A DNA stretch of 64,000 bases from an uncultured delta proteobacterium (GCA_963755715.1 CAVWLW010000034.1:1-64000); one strand, 5' to 3'. Shown: positions 1 to 10,653, numbered from the stretch's first letter. The notes: generated by a model not told the origin, from the letters alone. Program-made: numbers and translations.

Positions 1-594
1 GCCGATCCCAATATGGACCCGCCACCCAGCCTCATCGCCCTCGGTGCGACTGTAAAGGCGACCTCGCCGAACGGCAGTCGAACGATTCCGCTCGATGAGT
101 TTTTCAAAGATTATTACGAAACCGTGCTCAATCCCGACGAGATCATCACCGAAGTGATGGTGCCGAAGGTGTTGCCCAACACGGGCGCTGCCTACATTAA
201 GTTCTTGCCGAGGACCGCCGATGATTACGCCACGGTGTCCGCTGCCGCCGTGTTGACCCTCGACAAGACTCTCAAGACGATCGCCGAAGTGCGCATTGCG
301 CTCGGCAGCGTCGGCGTTACGCCGATCCGGGCCACTGCGGCCGAAGCTGTACTACGCGGTCAGCCCTTGAAAACGGAAGCGTTTGCCGAAGCCGGCGAAA
401 AAGCCAAAGAAGCGGTCGATCCGGTAAGCGATTTTCGCGGCTCGGCGGCTTACAAAAAGGACATGGCAGCGGTGTTTGTCCGGCGCGCGCTCGAGAAAGC
501 GCTTGCTGATATTCGCCAACAATCAAAAGCCAAGGCGGCGGCCAAGGCCAAACCGGCAAAAAAGAAAGTCGCAAAGAAAGGCAAAAGACGGTGA
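1..594 (+). CDS. FAD-binding (medium) subunit of xanthine/CO dehydrogenase family (CoxM/CutM-like), 5'-truncated by window edge, Lys/Ala-rich C-terminal tail
   Basis: Frame open from base 1 (ADPNMDPPPSL); motifs IPLDEFF, EIITEV, RIALGSV, DFRGSAAYK typical of the CoxM C-terminal domain; followed by coxG-like gene. Confidence 0.85.
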   Translation, partial: ADPNMDPPPSLIALGATVKATSPNGSRTIPLDEFFKDYYETVLNPDEIITEVMVPKVLPNTGAAYIKFLPRTADDYATVSAAAVLTLDKTLKTIAEVRIALGSVGVTPIRATAAEAVLRGQPLKTEAFAEAGEKAKEAVDPVSDFRGSAAYKKDMAAVFVRRALEKALADIRQQSKAKAAAKAKPAKKKVAKKGKRR

Positions 595-1043
595 AATTCA
601 GCCAAACTGCGGAGATTCCCGTGGCGCGCGAGCCGCTCTGGGATTTTTTAATGGATGTACCCAAAGTGGCGAAGTCATTGCCTGGGGTCGAATCGGTCAG
701 TAAAATTGACGACACGACTTACGAGGGCGCATTGACGGTCCGCGTCGGACCGATCAAGTTGAACCTGCAAGGTAAAATCATCCTCGAAGAGCAAAACAAA
801 AACGACTGGCGCGCCGCCTTGCGCGCCGAGGCGAAGGATCGCATGGCTGCGGGGGCGGTCAACGGGAAAACCACCATGACGCTCAAAGACTTGGGAGCGA
901 ATCAAACCGCGTTGGTGGTTGAAACGGACGTGAATATTTTGGGCAAGATCGGTGAGTTTGGCCAGCCAATCATCCGCAAAAAGGCCGATGCCATGTTGAA
1001 AGAATTCGTCGAAAACATCAAAAAGCAGTTAACTGGAAAGTAA
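591..1043 (+). CDS. coxG: CoxG/SRPBCC family protein
   Basis: LWDFLMD..VAKSLPG, VRVGPIK, GKIGEFGQ motifs; 4-nt overlap with upstream gene. Confidence 0.8.
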   Translation: MKFSQTAEIPVAREPLWDFLMDVPKVAKSLPGVESVSKIDDTTYEGALTVRVGPIKLNLQGKIILEEQNKNDWRAALRAEAKDRMAAGAVNGKTTMTLKDLGANQTALVVETDVNILGKIGEFGQPIIRKKADAMLKEFVENIKKQLTGK

Positions 1044-1871
1044 CGTCGACGGCTCGTCCGTGCTATCGCCGCCATCGTCAAGAATTAAACCTTTCCCCGT
1101 GACTCGGCCGAGGACGCGATTGTAGCAATCCTCGGCCAGTTTTTTTCGACCCGCCGAATTATCCGCGTAACGGAAACATTCGATCTTCGGCTGGAGGGTC
1201 ACCAGCACTTCGACGCCGCGCCGGCCGAGAAGATCCCAAAAATGGGTGACGAAATCCATATCGCCGTACCAATAAACAAAATCGCGATTCACTGCGGTGA
1301 CCGGCTGCTCGTCGATCGTTGTGTACGCGAGAGTCACCGGCACGATGATCGATCGGCTGCGCAGCGGCGCCGCCAAAGGCACGGTTTGAAAGGGCAGCAT
1401 TTTTTCACCGTTGGTCGACGTGCCTTCGGGGAATAAAAGTATATTGGCTTCTTGCCTGAGCTTGCGCGTCATCTCGCGAACCAGCGCACCCACTTCTTTT
1501 TTTCTTTGCCGGTTGATAAAAATCGTCCCGCAGAGCACATTCCACTGACCGACAATCGGCCATTTTTTGACCTCGCGTTTCGACACGAAAACAATTGGAA
1601 AGATGCTGCCGAGCACGATGCCGTCGACGTAGCTGACGTGGTTGGCAATAATGACGTAACCGCCGCGTTCCAACTGGCCCTCATCACCCGCGATCGTCAC
1701 TTTGATGTTGAGGATCAAGCGCAGCAAAAGGGTATAGTTGCGGTTGAGGCGGCTGAGGATTTTCCAACGATTGGGCAGCCCAAGAATCGAAATCCATAAA
1801 TGTACGATTGCCACCAGGACGAAAAAGACCACCCACAGGGATAGAAAAGCGGCTAATTTAAGCAGGCGCAT
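1029..1871 (-). CDS. Lysophospholipid acyltransferase (PlsC/OlsA-like)
   Basis: NHVSYVD (HxxxxD) and FPEGT motifs; overlaps upstream GNAT acyltransferase. Confidence 0.88.
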   Translation of the reverse strand: MRLLKLAAFLSLWVVFFVLVAIVHLWISILGLPNRWKILSRLNRNYTLLLRLILNIKVTIAGDEGQLERGGYVIIANHVSYVDGIVLGSIFPIVFVSKREVKKWPIVGQWNVLCGTIFINRQRKKEVGALVREMTRKLRQEANILLFPEGTSTNGEKMLPFQTVPLAAPLRSRSIIVPVTLAYTTIDEQPVTAVNRDFVYWYGDMDFVTHFWDLLGRRGVEVLVTLQPKIECFRYADNSAGRKKLAEDCYNRVLGRVTGKGLILDDGGDSTDEPSTLLSS

Positions 1872-2625
1872 CGCTCACCTTGAAATCGCCGAGGCCGAGC
1901 CGTTTGAGATACTCTCCTTTGAGGCTAGCGAAATCCAACAGCAAAAAAAAATCCGACGTGCCGAATTCCTTGTCCAACGCCGGCGGCCCGCACACCAAGG
2001 CGCCGATGCGGAGATAGCCTTTGATCAAGCTCGGCAACTTTTGAAACAGCGCCTGCTCGTCGGCGACGGCAACATCATCCGCCACGGCGGCGAACTGACA
2101 CTTTTTTACCGGTAGAACGCGATAGATCTCGGGCGCATAATATTTATTTTTAAGCAGCGAAAACATCGCACTGACTTCAGCGATATCCGTCGTGTACAGG
2201 CTGCCGCAACCAAAAAGATAGCGCACATGATGCGTGCGAATCTGTTCGACGATCGCCTCCCACATGAGCGGAATCAGCGCTCGGTCGCGAAAGTCTTTAC
2301 GCGCGCACGAGCGGCCGAGCTCCATCAATTCGCCGTCCAGTGTTTTAATCCGCGTCAGATCGAATTCTTTCTCGGAGTAAAAGCCGATGTGACGACGCGA
2401 TTGCGCTCCGCGAAGCAGGCGGTAAGTACCGACAATATCGCCGCTGCGCAATTCCCGGACAATCAAATGATCGCAATAGGGGTCGAATTCGTCGATATCC
2501 AAGCCGTGCTCGTACGACGACGCCAAGCCTTTATGAAGTTCTAGGTTAAAGACGTTGAATCGGAGCCGCTGAGCTTGCTCGATTTCGCGCGCATCGGTGG
2601 CAATCTTGACTTCAAAATCGGCCAT
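1858..2625 (-). CDS. GNAT N-acyl amino acid synthase (OlsB-like, ornithine lipid synthesis)
   Basis: AQRLRF.VF, DEFD..CDHL, VGTYRLL, ELGRSC, LIKGYLRIGA..CGPPA.D..F motifs. Confidence 0.85.
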   Translation of the reverse strand: MADFEVKIATDAREIEQAQRLRFNVFNLELHKGLASSYEHGLDIDEFDPYCDHLIVRELRSGDIVGTYRLLRGAQSRRHIGFYSEKEFDLTRIKTLDGELMELGRSCARKDFRDRALIPLMWEAIVEQIRTHHVRYLFGCGSLYTTDIAEVSAMFSLLKNKYYAPEIYRVLPVKKCQFAAVADDVAVADEQALFQKLPSLIKGYLRIGALVCGPPALDKEFGTSDFFLLLDFASLKGEYLKRLGLGDFKVSDAPA

Positions 2626-2696
2626 TCAGTCAAAAGTAACATATGCCCCGGGCTTTGATAATCTCGGGCGAAGGGGAGCCGAATTGGCGAACACGG

Positions 2697-3458
2697 CTAG
2701 CGGTGGCGCCATATTGGCGCGCGTTTTTCTAAAAACGCGCGCACTCCTTCTTCGACATCTGCGGTCTGCAGGAGCTCGCGACCATATATTTCTTCGGAAC
2801 GTTTGAGAGCTTGATCGAAGCCGCCGAGCGACATCTCGCGCAAGCCTTTCAAGGTCAGACGTAAAACTCGTCCGCTCTTGCTCGATAGCTCGTCCAAGAG
2901 CGCGCTCAAGCCGGCGGCAAATTGCTCCGCGTCAATGACGCGATTGATCAGTCCGAACGTCTGCGCTTCGCGTGCGGAGAAACGCCGGCCGGTGAGAATC
3001 ATCTCGGCCGCGCGATGATAGCCGATCAATTGCGAGAAGCGCGCCAGCGCCACCGGCGGGTAACAACCGACGAGAATCTCCGGGGTGGCAAACGAACTTT
3101 CCTCGCTGGCAATGATTAAATCGCACGAGCTCGCGACTTCGCAACCGCCGCCCAAACAAAGGCCGCGGACCGCGGCCACCGTGACCTGCGGCAACGCCAG
3201 CAGTTTGCGAATGACTCCATGAACAGCGTCGAGCATCTCGGGAACTTTTTCTCGGCTGTGATCGCGAATGTCGACGCCCGCCGAAAAGGCGCGCGCGCCG
3301 GCGCCCTGAAATACGATCACGTCCGCTTCACCATCCTGCGCGCAGATCGTCAGCGCCTGGTCCAGCTCGCGCAAGAGCTTGAGATCAAAGACATTTAGCG
3401 GCGGTCGCTCCCAGGTGATCGAGATTGACCGGCCGTTCTTTGTGCTCGTAACACCCAT
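2697..3458 (-). CDS. Enoyl-CoA hydratase/isomerase family (dienoyl-CoA hydratase-like)
   Basis: FSAGVDI, GLCLGGGCE, PEILVG, EGVRAFLEKR crotonase motifs. Confidence 0.88.
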   Translation of the reverse strand: MGVTSTKNGRSISITWERPPLNVFDLKLLRELDQALTICAQDGEADVIVFQGAGARAFSAGVDIRDHSREKVPEMLDAVHGVIRKLLALPQVTVAAVRGLCLGGGCEVASSCDLIIASEESSFATPEILVGCYPPVALARFSQLIGYHRAAEMILTGRRFSAREAQTFGLINRVIDAEQFAAGLSALLDELSSKSGRVLRLTLKGLREMSLGGFDQALKRSEEIYGRELLQTADVEEGVRAFLEKRAPIWRHR

Positions 3459-3641
3459 CGCTTCGTCACCTCCATCGTCGCGCCCAATAGTCGAACCATT
3501 TACTTACTAGCGCCAACGGCGATGTTTTTTCTTAAACTATGGCGGCGGCGCTTACAAGCAAGCGAAGCCGGCATGAGCGCGAAGTAAATTTGACAAAAAG
3601 CCCTGCAGGGCCTAAACTTGGTCTCCTTAAGGAGGATGCTC

Positions 3642-4406
3642 ATGAAGATGCAGCGGTCGTTCATTATAGCGCTATTTTTCGTTGTCACTCTGCTGACCAA
3701 CTCAGCGCAAGCCGCGCCTGACGAGTATGACGACAGCCAGTCCAACCCGTTACGCGTTACCGCGTATCTATTCTACCCTGTCGGTTGGCTCGCGGAATGG
3801 ACGATCTTTCGCCCGTTCCACTTCCTTGTGAGCGCAACCCCGCCGCTGGAAGCCTTTTTTGGTCATAATCCGCACCCGCCGGTTTTGGCAGAGCCACAAC
3901 CGCTGCAAGATTATGGAATGCCTAAAAAAGTTCCGCTCAAACCCGCCGCTCAGCCGGAGCCGCAAGCCGCCGCACCCGCCGCCGCGCCGGAAACTGTAAA
4001 AATCATCCAGGTACCCGTAGAAAAAATCGTCGTCAAAGAAGTCCCGAAAATCATCGAAGTCGAAAAGATCGTCTTTCCGGCTGTCGCCTTTCGTTTTGAT
4101 TCCGCCGAACTTACCGACCTTGGTAAGGGGCAGGTGTACGTAGCGGCGCAGCGGCTCAAGGAAAAAGCTGATCTGACCGTTGTGATCGAAGGCCACACCG
4201 ACGCAGCCGGGACTGAGGAGTACAATCAGAAGTTAGGTCAGCGGCGCGCCCAGGTCGTGATGAGGGAGCTTTCGGCCCAGGGGATCGACCCCAATCGTAT
4301 GTCGGCTGCTAGCGTTGGCGAGAGCAAACCTTTGATCGATCAAGACGCCCAGTGGGCAAGAGCGGTTAATCGTCGGGTGGAATTTCAGGTCCAGGGAGCA
4401 CGCTGA
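3642..4406 (+). CDS. Secreted OmpA C-terminal (peptidoglycan-binding) domain protein with unrecognised N-terminal domain
   Basis: AAGGAGG RBS before ATG 3642; signal peptide (AQA); FDSA, IEGHTD, YNQKLGQRRA, NRRVEF OmpA_C motifs; Pro/Ala linker. Confidence 0.88.
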   Translation: MKMQRSFIIALFFVVTLLTNSAQAAPDEYDDSQSNPLRVTAYLFYPVGWLAEWTIFRPFHFLVSATPPLEAFFGHNPHPPVLAEPQPLQDYGMPKKVPLKPAAQPEPQAAAPAAAPETVKIIQVPVEKIVVKEVPKIIEVEKIVFPAVAFRFDSAELTDLGKGQVYVAAQRLKEKADLTVVIEGHTDAAGTEEYNQKLGQRRAQVVMRELSAQGIDPNRMSAASVGESKPLIDQDAQWARAVNRRVEFQVQGAR

Positions 4407-4430
4407 CACGGGTAAAAAATTTCTGTTTTC

Positions 4431-4465
4431 AAGCCCAGCCTGATTTTTAGGCTGGGCTTTTTTTT
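4431..4465 (+). terminator. Rho-independent terminator
   Basis: AAGCCCAGCCT-loop-AGGCTGGGCTT followed by T-run. Confidence 0.85.
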
Positions 4466-4514
4466 CGCCGCTGAACTGGCACAATGTCCAAAAGCCCGAT
4501 TCAAGCCAACCGCG

Positions 4515-5126
4515 ATGGCCTACAATCCCCGCGATAGTTACTACAAAAAAGCCAAGCAGGAAGGTTACCGCTCGCGCGCCGCCTACAAGCTGCTTGAACT
4601 GCAACAGCGCTATCGTCTGCTCAAGCCTGGCGATGCGGTCGTCGATCTCGGCGCCGCGCCCGGCGGTTGGCTCCAGGTCGCCGCTAAGATAGTCGGCCAA
4701 AACGGCAAAATCATCGGCGTCGATTTGCAAACGATCGAACCTTTTCGTGAACGCAATATTATTTTGCTTCAGGGCGATATGGCGAGGAACGAGATTCAAG
4801 AGCAAATTAAAGCGCTCTTGAACGGACCGGCAGACTGTGTGTTATCCGATCTAGCGCCCAAACTCAGCGGCATTCGCGATGCCGACATGGCGCGCTGCCT
4901 GGAGCTCAATCAGGCGGCTCTCGATGTCGCTATCCAATTACTGCGGCCCAGCGGTTCATTGCTTATCAAGAGTTTCATCAGCAACGATCTGCATGGCTTT
5001 ACGGCTGAGCTAAAAAAATCCTTTTCCGCCGTGCAACGCACCAAACCGGACGCGACACGCCAGGGATCTTCGGAATTTTACTTTTACGCCCAGGGATTTC
5101 TACCAGTCGTTGACCGCAGTCGCTGA
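4515..5126 (+). CDS. rlmE: 23S rRNA Um2552 methyltransferase
   Basis: GYRSRAAYKL, DLGAAPGGW, SDLAP, KP..TR..SSE motifs. Confidence 0.93.
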   Translation: MAYNPRDSYYKKAKQEGYRSRAAYKLLELQQRYRLLKPGDAVVDLGAAPGGWLQVAAKIVGQNGKIIGVDLQTIEPFRERNIILLQGDMARNEIQEQIKALLNGPADCVLSDLAPKLSGIRDADMARCLELNQAALDVAIQLLRPSGSLLIKSFISNDLHGFTAELKKSFSAVQRTKPDATRQGSSEFYFYAQGFLPVVDRSR

Positions 5127-5154
5127 ATGCACACGTGCGACCATTATAAAACAT

Positions 5155-6154
5155 ATGCCGGAATTCAGATGGGATCCGATCACCGGCCGCTCGGTCATTA
5201 TCGCCGCAGCGCGGTCGAAGCGGCCACGACAGCACGGCGCTGGTAACCAGCCGGCGCACGGCGAGCTATGTCCTTTTTGCCCCGGCAACGAAGCGCTGAC
5301 GCCGCCCGAGGTCTGGGCTCTGCGGAAAAAGGATTCTCATGCCGATAAACCGGGTTGGACCGTGCGCGTGGTTCCCAACAAGTATCCGGCGCTGGAAGAC
5401 CACGGCGCTTTGACGGTAAAAAAAGACTCCTTTTATGAATCGCTCAATGGGCTCGGGATTCACGAGGTGATCATCGAAAGTCCCGACCACGAAATCAACA
5501 TGGGCGCGCTCAATATCGATCAATGCGCGGACATTTTACGCGCCTATCGCGCGCGCATGCGCGCGGTAGGCGATGATCCACGCTGGCGTTATTTGCTCCT
5601 CTACAAAAACCAAGGCGAGCGCGCCGGCGCGACTCTGGAGCATGTGCATTCGCAGTTGATCGCCTTGCCCATTGTGCCACAGTCGGCGGCCGACGAACTC
5701 ACTCGGGCAAAAAAACACTACGACTCAACGGGCCACTGTATTTTTTGCGAAATTGTTCAGCGTGAAGTCGAGCGCGGCGAGCGTCTGGTGTCGCAATCAG
5801 ACAAATTCATTGCGTTCTGCCCTTTCGCGCCGCGTTTTAGCTACGAAGCTTGGATATTGCCAAAAAATCATGTGGCAGCTTTCGAACAGAGCACGGATGA
5901 AGATATTGCGGCGCTTGCTCAATTCCTCAGGGATTTCATTTCGCGACTGAACCGAGCCCTCGACCGGCCGCCCTTCAATTACGTTATCTACTCAAAGCCG
6001 CCGCATCAAAGCACGAGCTCGCTACTACCACTGGCGCATCGAGATCCTGCCGCAGATCGCACGCGCCGCGGGTTTCGAGTGGGGTTCGGGCATGTATATG
6101 AATTCGGTCGCGCCGGAAGAGGCGGCGCGCTTACTGCGCGACGCGGCGCTTTAA
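5155..6154 (+). CDS. galT: Galactose-1-phosphate uridylyltransferase (one +1 frameshift near 6010-6022)
   Basis: [24 protein letters not shown]; canonical C-terminus [23 protein letters not shown]...EAARLLR lies in the shifted frame ending TAA 6154. Confidence 0.88.
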
Positions 6155-7402
6155 GCTTTCGATGGGTTGCCTTTCGCGCGCCTGACGTTGCTGGTAGAGC
6201 AGCAAGGATGCGGCAAGAGCGCAACACAGACCTGAAATGGCGATTGCCTTCGGCGTGCCGACCAGATGGGCGACGCTGCCGATAAACAGTGTGCCGAACG
6301 ACCACATGCCTTTGTCCATGAAAAACAAGCTGAGCATGCGACCCAACAAATGCGGCGGCGTCTCCATTTGCACGACGGAATTGGCCACCGAGCGAAACGC
6401 GATATTGCTCGCGCCGACGAGAATAAGAAAGAGCATCGACAGCGGTAGAGAACGGCAGAAAGAAAACAAAATCAGCCATAGAGAGAATGAATAGACGCTC
6501 ATCGCGACGAAGTGCGTGCGCCGTCTCAGCCGGCTGAACGACGCGATTCCCAAACCGGCAATCACCGCGCCAATACCCGGCGCGGCCAATAACAAACCGA
6601 ACGTGGACGGGCCGGCGTGAAGCACGTCCGTGGCGAACACCGGCAAGAAACGCGAATAGGGCGTGCCCACTAGCGCAACGCCATAAGTCAGCAAAATGAT
6701 CGCAAAGAGGCGACGCTGACCGCGCAAAAAAAGGTAGCCCTCGCGAACCTCTTCCCAGAAAGGCGCTTCATCGTTGCTTCTTAACTTAACCGAGGGAAAA
6801 ACCATCACGAGCAACGTCACGATGATAGCGAGAAAACTCACGGCGTTGACAAACAAACAGCCGGCCACGCCGATCAGGCTGATCAGCACGCCGCCGAGGG
6901 ATGGCCCGGCGATTTTCGCCAAATTGGCCATCGAGGAATTGAGCGCGATGGCGTTCATGAGATCCTCGCGCGGTACCAGACTATTGATCAACGAGTGGCG
7001 TGCGGTCTGATTGATGGTGTTCACCGTGCCCAGGAAGAGAACCAGGATAATCACATGCCAGAACTGGATGCCCTCGAAATAGACCAACGCCCAGAAAACA
7101 AACGCCTGAAGCATCGCGAGAATCTGCGTCGACATGAGCAGCCGGCGGCGCTCGATGCGGTCGACGATCGCGCCGCCGACCACGCCCAACAGCAGGCGCG
7201 GCAGCGCTTGGGAAAACCCGACCAGGCCGAGCAGAAACGGCGAGCCGGTCATCGTCCAGACCAGCCAGCTTTGCGCCATGGCCTGGATGAAATCGCCGAC
7301 GTGCGAGAGGCTGGTGCCGAAAAAAAGCAGTCGAAAATTACGGTGATGAAGCGACTGGAGCGGATGCGCCAAGTGGATCGACCCTCGTGCGAAGAGGGCC
7401 AT
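6131..7402 (-). CDS. MFS transporter (DUF894/MFS_3-like)
   Basis: About 12 hydrophobic segments, [11 protein letters not shown] motif A; TAATG coupling to glmS. Confidence 0.88.
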   Translation of the reverse strand: MALFARGSIHLAHPLQSLHHRNFRLLFFGTSLSHVGDFIQAMAQSWLVWTMTGSPFLLGLVGFSQALPRLLLGVVGGAIVDRIERRRLLMSTQILAMLQAFVFWALVYFEGIQFWHVIILVLFLGTVNTINQTARHSLINSLVPREDLMNAIALNSSMANLAKIAGPSLGGVLISLIGVAGCLFVNAVSFLAIIVTLLVMVFPSVKLRSNDEAPFWEEVREGYLFLRGQRRLFAIILLTYGVALVGTPYSRFLPVFATDVLHAGPSTFGLLLAAPGIGAVIAGLGIASFSRLRRRTHFVAMSVYSFSLWLILFSFCRSLPLSMLFLILVGASNIAFRSVANSVVQMETPPHLLGRMLSLFFMDKGMWSFGTLFIGSVAHLVGTPKAIAISGLCCALAASLLLYQQRQARERQPIESLKRRVAQ

Positions 7403-9231
7403 TATTCGACCGTCACGCTCTTAGCGAGATTGCGCGGCTGATCCACGTCCGTGCCGCGATGCACGGCGATGTAATAGGCCAACAGTTGCAGCGGGATCGT
7501 CATCACAATGGGCGTAAGATAGTGCGAAGCTTTGGGCAACGTCAACACCCGATGCCCGGTGATCTCGCTCACGCTCTTAACATCGTCAGTCAACACCACC
7601 ACTTTGCCGCCGCGTGACTCTACTTCTTTTAGATTGCTCACGGTTTTGTGAAAGTAACGATCGCGCGGCGCTAAAACCAGCACCGGCATTTTCTCGTCGA
7701 TCAAGGCAATCGGGCCGTGTTTCATCTCGCCCGCCGGATAACCTTCGGCGTGAATATAGGAAATCTCTTTTAGCTTGAGCGCGCCTTCCAGGGCGATCGG
7801 ATAATTGATGCCACGCCCGAGATAGAGGAAATCCTGGCTGTGCATGAGATCGCGTGCTAACTCTTTGACTTGATCTTCCAGCTCTAAAGCTTTGTCCACC
7901 CAGCTCGGCAGAAACATCAAATCGCGTAGCAATTTTCGCGCATCCGCCGGCTTGAGCTTGCCGTTAAGCCGGCCCAATGCGACAGCCAAAAGATACAACG
8001 CCGTCAATTGAGTGGTGAAAGCTTTGGTGCTGGCCACGCTGATCTCCGGTCCGGCATGCGTGTATAACACGCCGTGGGATTTTCGCGTGATCGATGAATC
8101 GATCACGTTGCAGATCGAAAGGATCTTGGCCTTCTTGGCGCGCGCTATTTCGGTCGCCGCCAAAGTGTCGGCGGTCTCGCCGGATTGGCTAACCATCAAC
8201 AAAACCGATTTCGGATCCATGAGCGGCGAGCGGTAGCGGAACTCAGAGCCATAGTCGACTTCGGCGGGAATGCCAGCGATCTCTTCGAGCATGAATTTGC
8301 CGACCAAGCAGGCATGCCAGGCGGTGCCGCAGGCGACGAGATGAAATCGTTTGATTTGCTTGGCCATGGTCGCGGTCAGTTTCATATCTTCGAGCGATAC
8401 CTGCCCATCCTTGAGCGAGATGCGGCCGCGAAACGTGTCTGCCAGAGCGCGCGGCTGATCGTGAATCTCTTTGAGCATGAAATGCGCAAAGCCGCCCTTT
8501 TGTGCCGCTACGGCGTCCCAGGTAATTTCTTTTACCGGGCGCTTGATGGTTTTGCCCTTCCCGTCGAGCAAGCGATAAGAGCCGAGCGTGACTTCGCCGA
8601 TTTCGCCGTCTTCGAGAAACGTCACCTTGCGGGTATAGTCGAGTAACGCGGGAATGTCGGAGGCGATAAAAGTCTCGCCCTCGCCCCAGCCAATCACAAT
8701 CGGCGTCGAATTTTTTGCCACGATAAGACGCCGCGGATCGCGCCGGTTAAGAAATAACAAGGCATAGGAGCCGCGAATTTCGCGCAGTGTGCGGCGCACG
8801 GCTTCGAGGAAATCGACGCCGCGCTGGATTTTCTCGGCGACGAGATGAGCGACGATCTCGGTATCGGTCTCGGAGCTGAAATGGGTGCCGCGCTTGGCCA
8901 GTTGCTCTTTGAGCTCGAGATAGTTTTCGATGATGCCGTTGTGCACAACCACGACGTCGCCGGCGCTGTGCGGATGGGCGTTGGTTTCTGACGGTCGGCC
9001 ATGGGTCGCCCAGCGCGTGTGGCCGATGCCAACCGTTCCACTCATCGGCTGGCGGTGCAGCATCGATTCCAGATTGCTCAACTTGCCCTCGCAGCGGCGT
9101 ATCGACACTTGGCCGTCGTGCAATACGGCGATCCCGGCGGAGTCGTAACCGCGGTATTCGAGTTTTCTTAAACTTTCCAGTATCAGCGGCGCTGCTTCTC
9201 GATGCCCGATGTATCCGACGATTCCGCACAT
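7402..9231 (-). CDS. glmS: Glutamine-fructose-6-phosphate transaminase
   Basis: MCGIVG N-terminus, GHTRWATHG, SQSGETAD, PRNLAKSVTVE C-terminus. Confidence 0.98.
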   Translation of the reverse strand: MCGIVGYIGHREAAPLILESLRKLEYRGYDSAGIAVLHDGQVSIRRCEGKLSNLESMLHRQPMSGTVGIGHTRWATHGRPSETNAHPHSAGDVVVVHNGIIENYLELKEQLAKRGTHFSSETDTEIVAHLVAEKIQRGVDFLEAVRRTLREIRGSYALLFLNRRDPRRLIVAKNSTPIVIGWGEGETFIASDIPALLDYTRKVTFLEDGEIGEVTLGSYRLLDGKGKTIKRPVKEITWDAVAAQKGGFAHFMLKEIHDQPRALADTFRGRISLKDGQVSLEDMKLTATMAKQIKRFHLVACGTAWHACLVGKFMLEEIAGIPAEVDYGSEFRYRSPLMDPKSVLLMVSQSGETADTLAATEIARAKKAKILSICNVIDSSITRKSHGVLYTHAGPEISVASTKAFTTQLTALYLLAVALGRLNGKLKPADARKLLRDLMFLPSWVDKALELEDQVKELARDLMHSQDFLYLGRGINYPIALEGALKLKEISYIHAEGYPAGEMKHGPIALIDEKMPVLVLAPRDRYFHKTVSNLKEVESRGGKVVVLTDDVKSVSEITGHRVLTLPKASHYLTPIVMTIPLQLLAYYIAVHRGTDVDQPRNLAKSVTVE

Positions 9232-10625
9232 TATTTTTTGTTTCCTTTCATCTTACGGCGCTTTTCTTCGGTCCAGCCTTCGCGCACGCGCTCTTCACGA
9301 TCATTGAATACCAAAGCTCCCGCCGGAATGTCGTGGCGCACTGTGCTTGCCGTGGCGACGTAAACATCGTCGCCTAAGGAAATCGGCGCCACCAACGTCG
9401 TGTCACTGCCCACCTGCACGCGATCGCCGATCGTGGTTTTATATTTTTGGAAGCCGTCGTAGTTGCACGTGATCGTGCCGGCGCCGATGTTAGTATCGCG
9501 GCCGATGGTCACATCACCAAGATACGTGAGATGGTTGGCCTTGGTGCCATCACCAACCTGCGCGGCCTTAGCCTCGACGAAATTGCCGATGTGAACGTTA
9601 CGGCCCAGATGGGTTCCTGGCCGCAGATGGGCAAATGGTCCAATAATAGCGCCTCGATCGATGCGGCTCCCGGTTAGCACGACGGAGAATTTTAAAAGAA
9701 CTTCATCGCCGATCTCCATATCGGTAATAAAAGCGCTGCCATCGATCTGACAGCGTTCGCCAATAGTCGTTTTTCCCTGGAGATGGGTATTGGGGCCGAT
9801 CACCGTGTCTTTCCCGATCGTCACACTCTCTTCGATGTAAGTAGTATCCGGGTCTTTGAAGGTGACTCCCGCCGCCATCCATTTCTTATTGATGCTCTGG
9901 CGCAAGTTTTTTTCCATGAAAGCGAGCTCCTCTCGGCTATTTATTCCCATCACTTCGCGGCCATCGCTCGCCGGCACGGTCTCGACCTTCTTGCCCTGGC
10001 CGAGAGCGATGGCGACGATATCCGGCAAATAGTATTCGCCTTGTTGATTGTCGTTGTTAATGCGGTCCAACGCGGCAAAAAGAAACGATGCCGAAGCCAC
10101 GTAAACCCCGGCGTTGATCTCGTGGACTTTGCGCTGCGCCTCGCTGGCGTCCTTCTCTTCTACGATGGCGGTAATCGCACCCTTCCCATCGCGCAGGATG
10201 CGGCCATAACCTTTCGGTTCGTCTAACACGGTCGTAAGTAGCGTGACCGCGGCACGCCGATTACGATGATGCCCAACCATCTCGCGCAGAGTCTCTTCTC
10301 GAATCAGCGGCACGTCACCGCTCAAAATGACGATGTCGCCGTCAAAGTCCTTGAACGTCGCCGCGGCGCACAAGACGGCATGGCCCGTGCCAAGCTGTTT
10401 TTCCTGAATTACCCAGCTTACGTCCGTCCCACCGTAGGCCTCTCGAACCGCATTGGCGCCGTGGCCGACTACGATCGCGACGAGCTCCGGAGCGAGCCGG
10501 CGCGCGCTTGCTAAGCCATGAAGAAATAGGGCTTTTCCCGCCAAAGGATGGAGCACCTTGGGGAGTGCCGATTTCATCCGCGTGCCCTGGCCGGCGGCTA
10601 AAAGAATAATTCCAAGTTGTTCCAT
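9231..10625 (-). CDS. glmU: Bifunctional UDP-GlcNAc pyrophosphorylase/glucosamine-1-P acetyltransferase
   Basis: LAAGQGTRMKS, QLGTGHA, EYYLPD, hexapeptide repeats, NYDG. Confidence 0.97.
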   Translation of the reverse strand: MEQLGIILLAAGQGTRMKSALPKVLHPLAGKALFLHGLASARRLAPELVAIVVGHGANAVREAYGGTDVSWVIQEKQLGTGHAVLCAAATFKDFDGDIVILSGDVPLIREETLREMVGHHRNRRAAVTLLTTVLDEPKGYGRILRDGKGAITAIVEEKDASEAQRKVHEINAGVYVASASFLFAALDRINNDNQQGEYYLPDIVAIALGQGKKVETVPASDGREVMGINSREELAFMEKNLRQSINKKWMAAGVTFKDPDTTYIEESVTIGKDTVIGPNTHLQGKTTIGERCQIDGSAFITDMEIGDEVLLKFSVVLTGSRIDRGAIIGPFAHLRPGTHLGRNVHIGNFVEAKAAQVGDGTKANHLTYLGDVTIGRDTNIGAGTITCNYDGFQKYKTTIGDRVQVGSDTTLVAPISLGDDVYVATASTVRHDIPAGALVFNDREERVREGWTEEKRRKMKGNKK

Positions 10626-10653
10626 TTCTTTTCCATTCAAGGCGAAAATTAGG

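Noticed and set aside
6010-6285. Extended galT C-terminus overlapping the MFS gene
   Set aside because: Product of a frameshift; canonical GalT end is in the next frame and stops at 6154
9225-9240. glmS ribozyme or leader (rapZ is in the window)
   Set aside because: glmS start overlaps the glmU stop, leaving no 5' UTR for such an element
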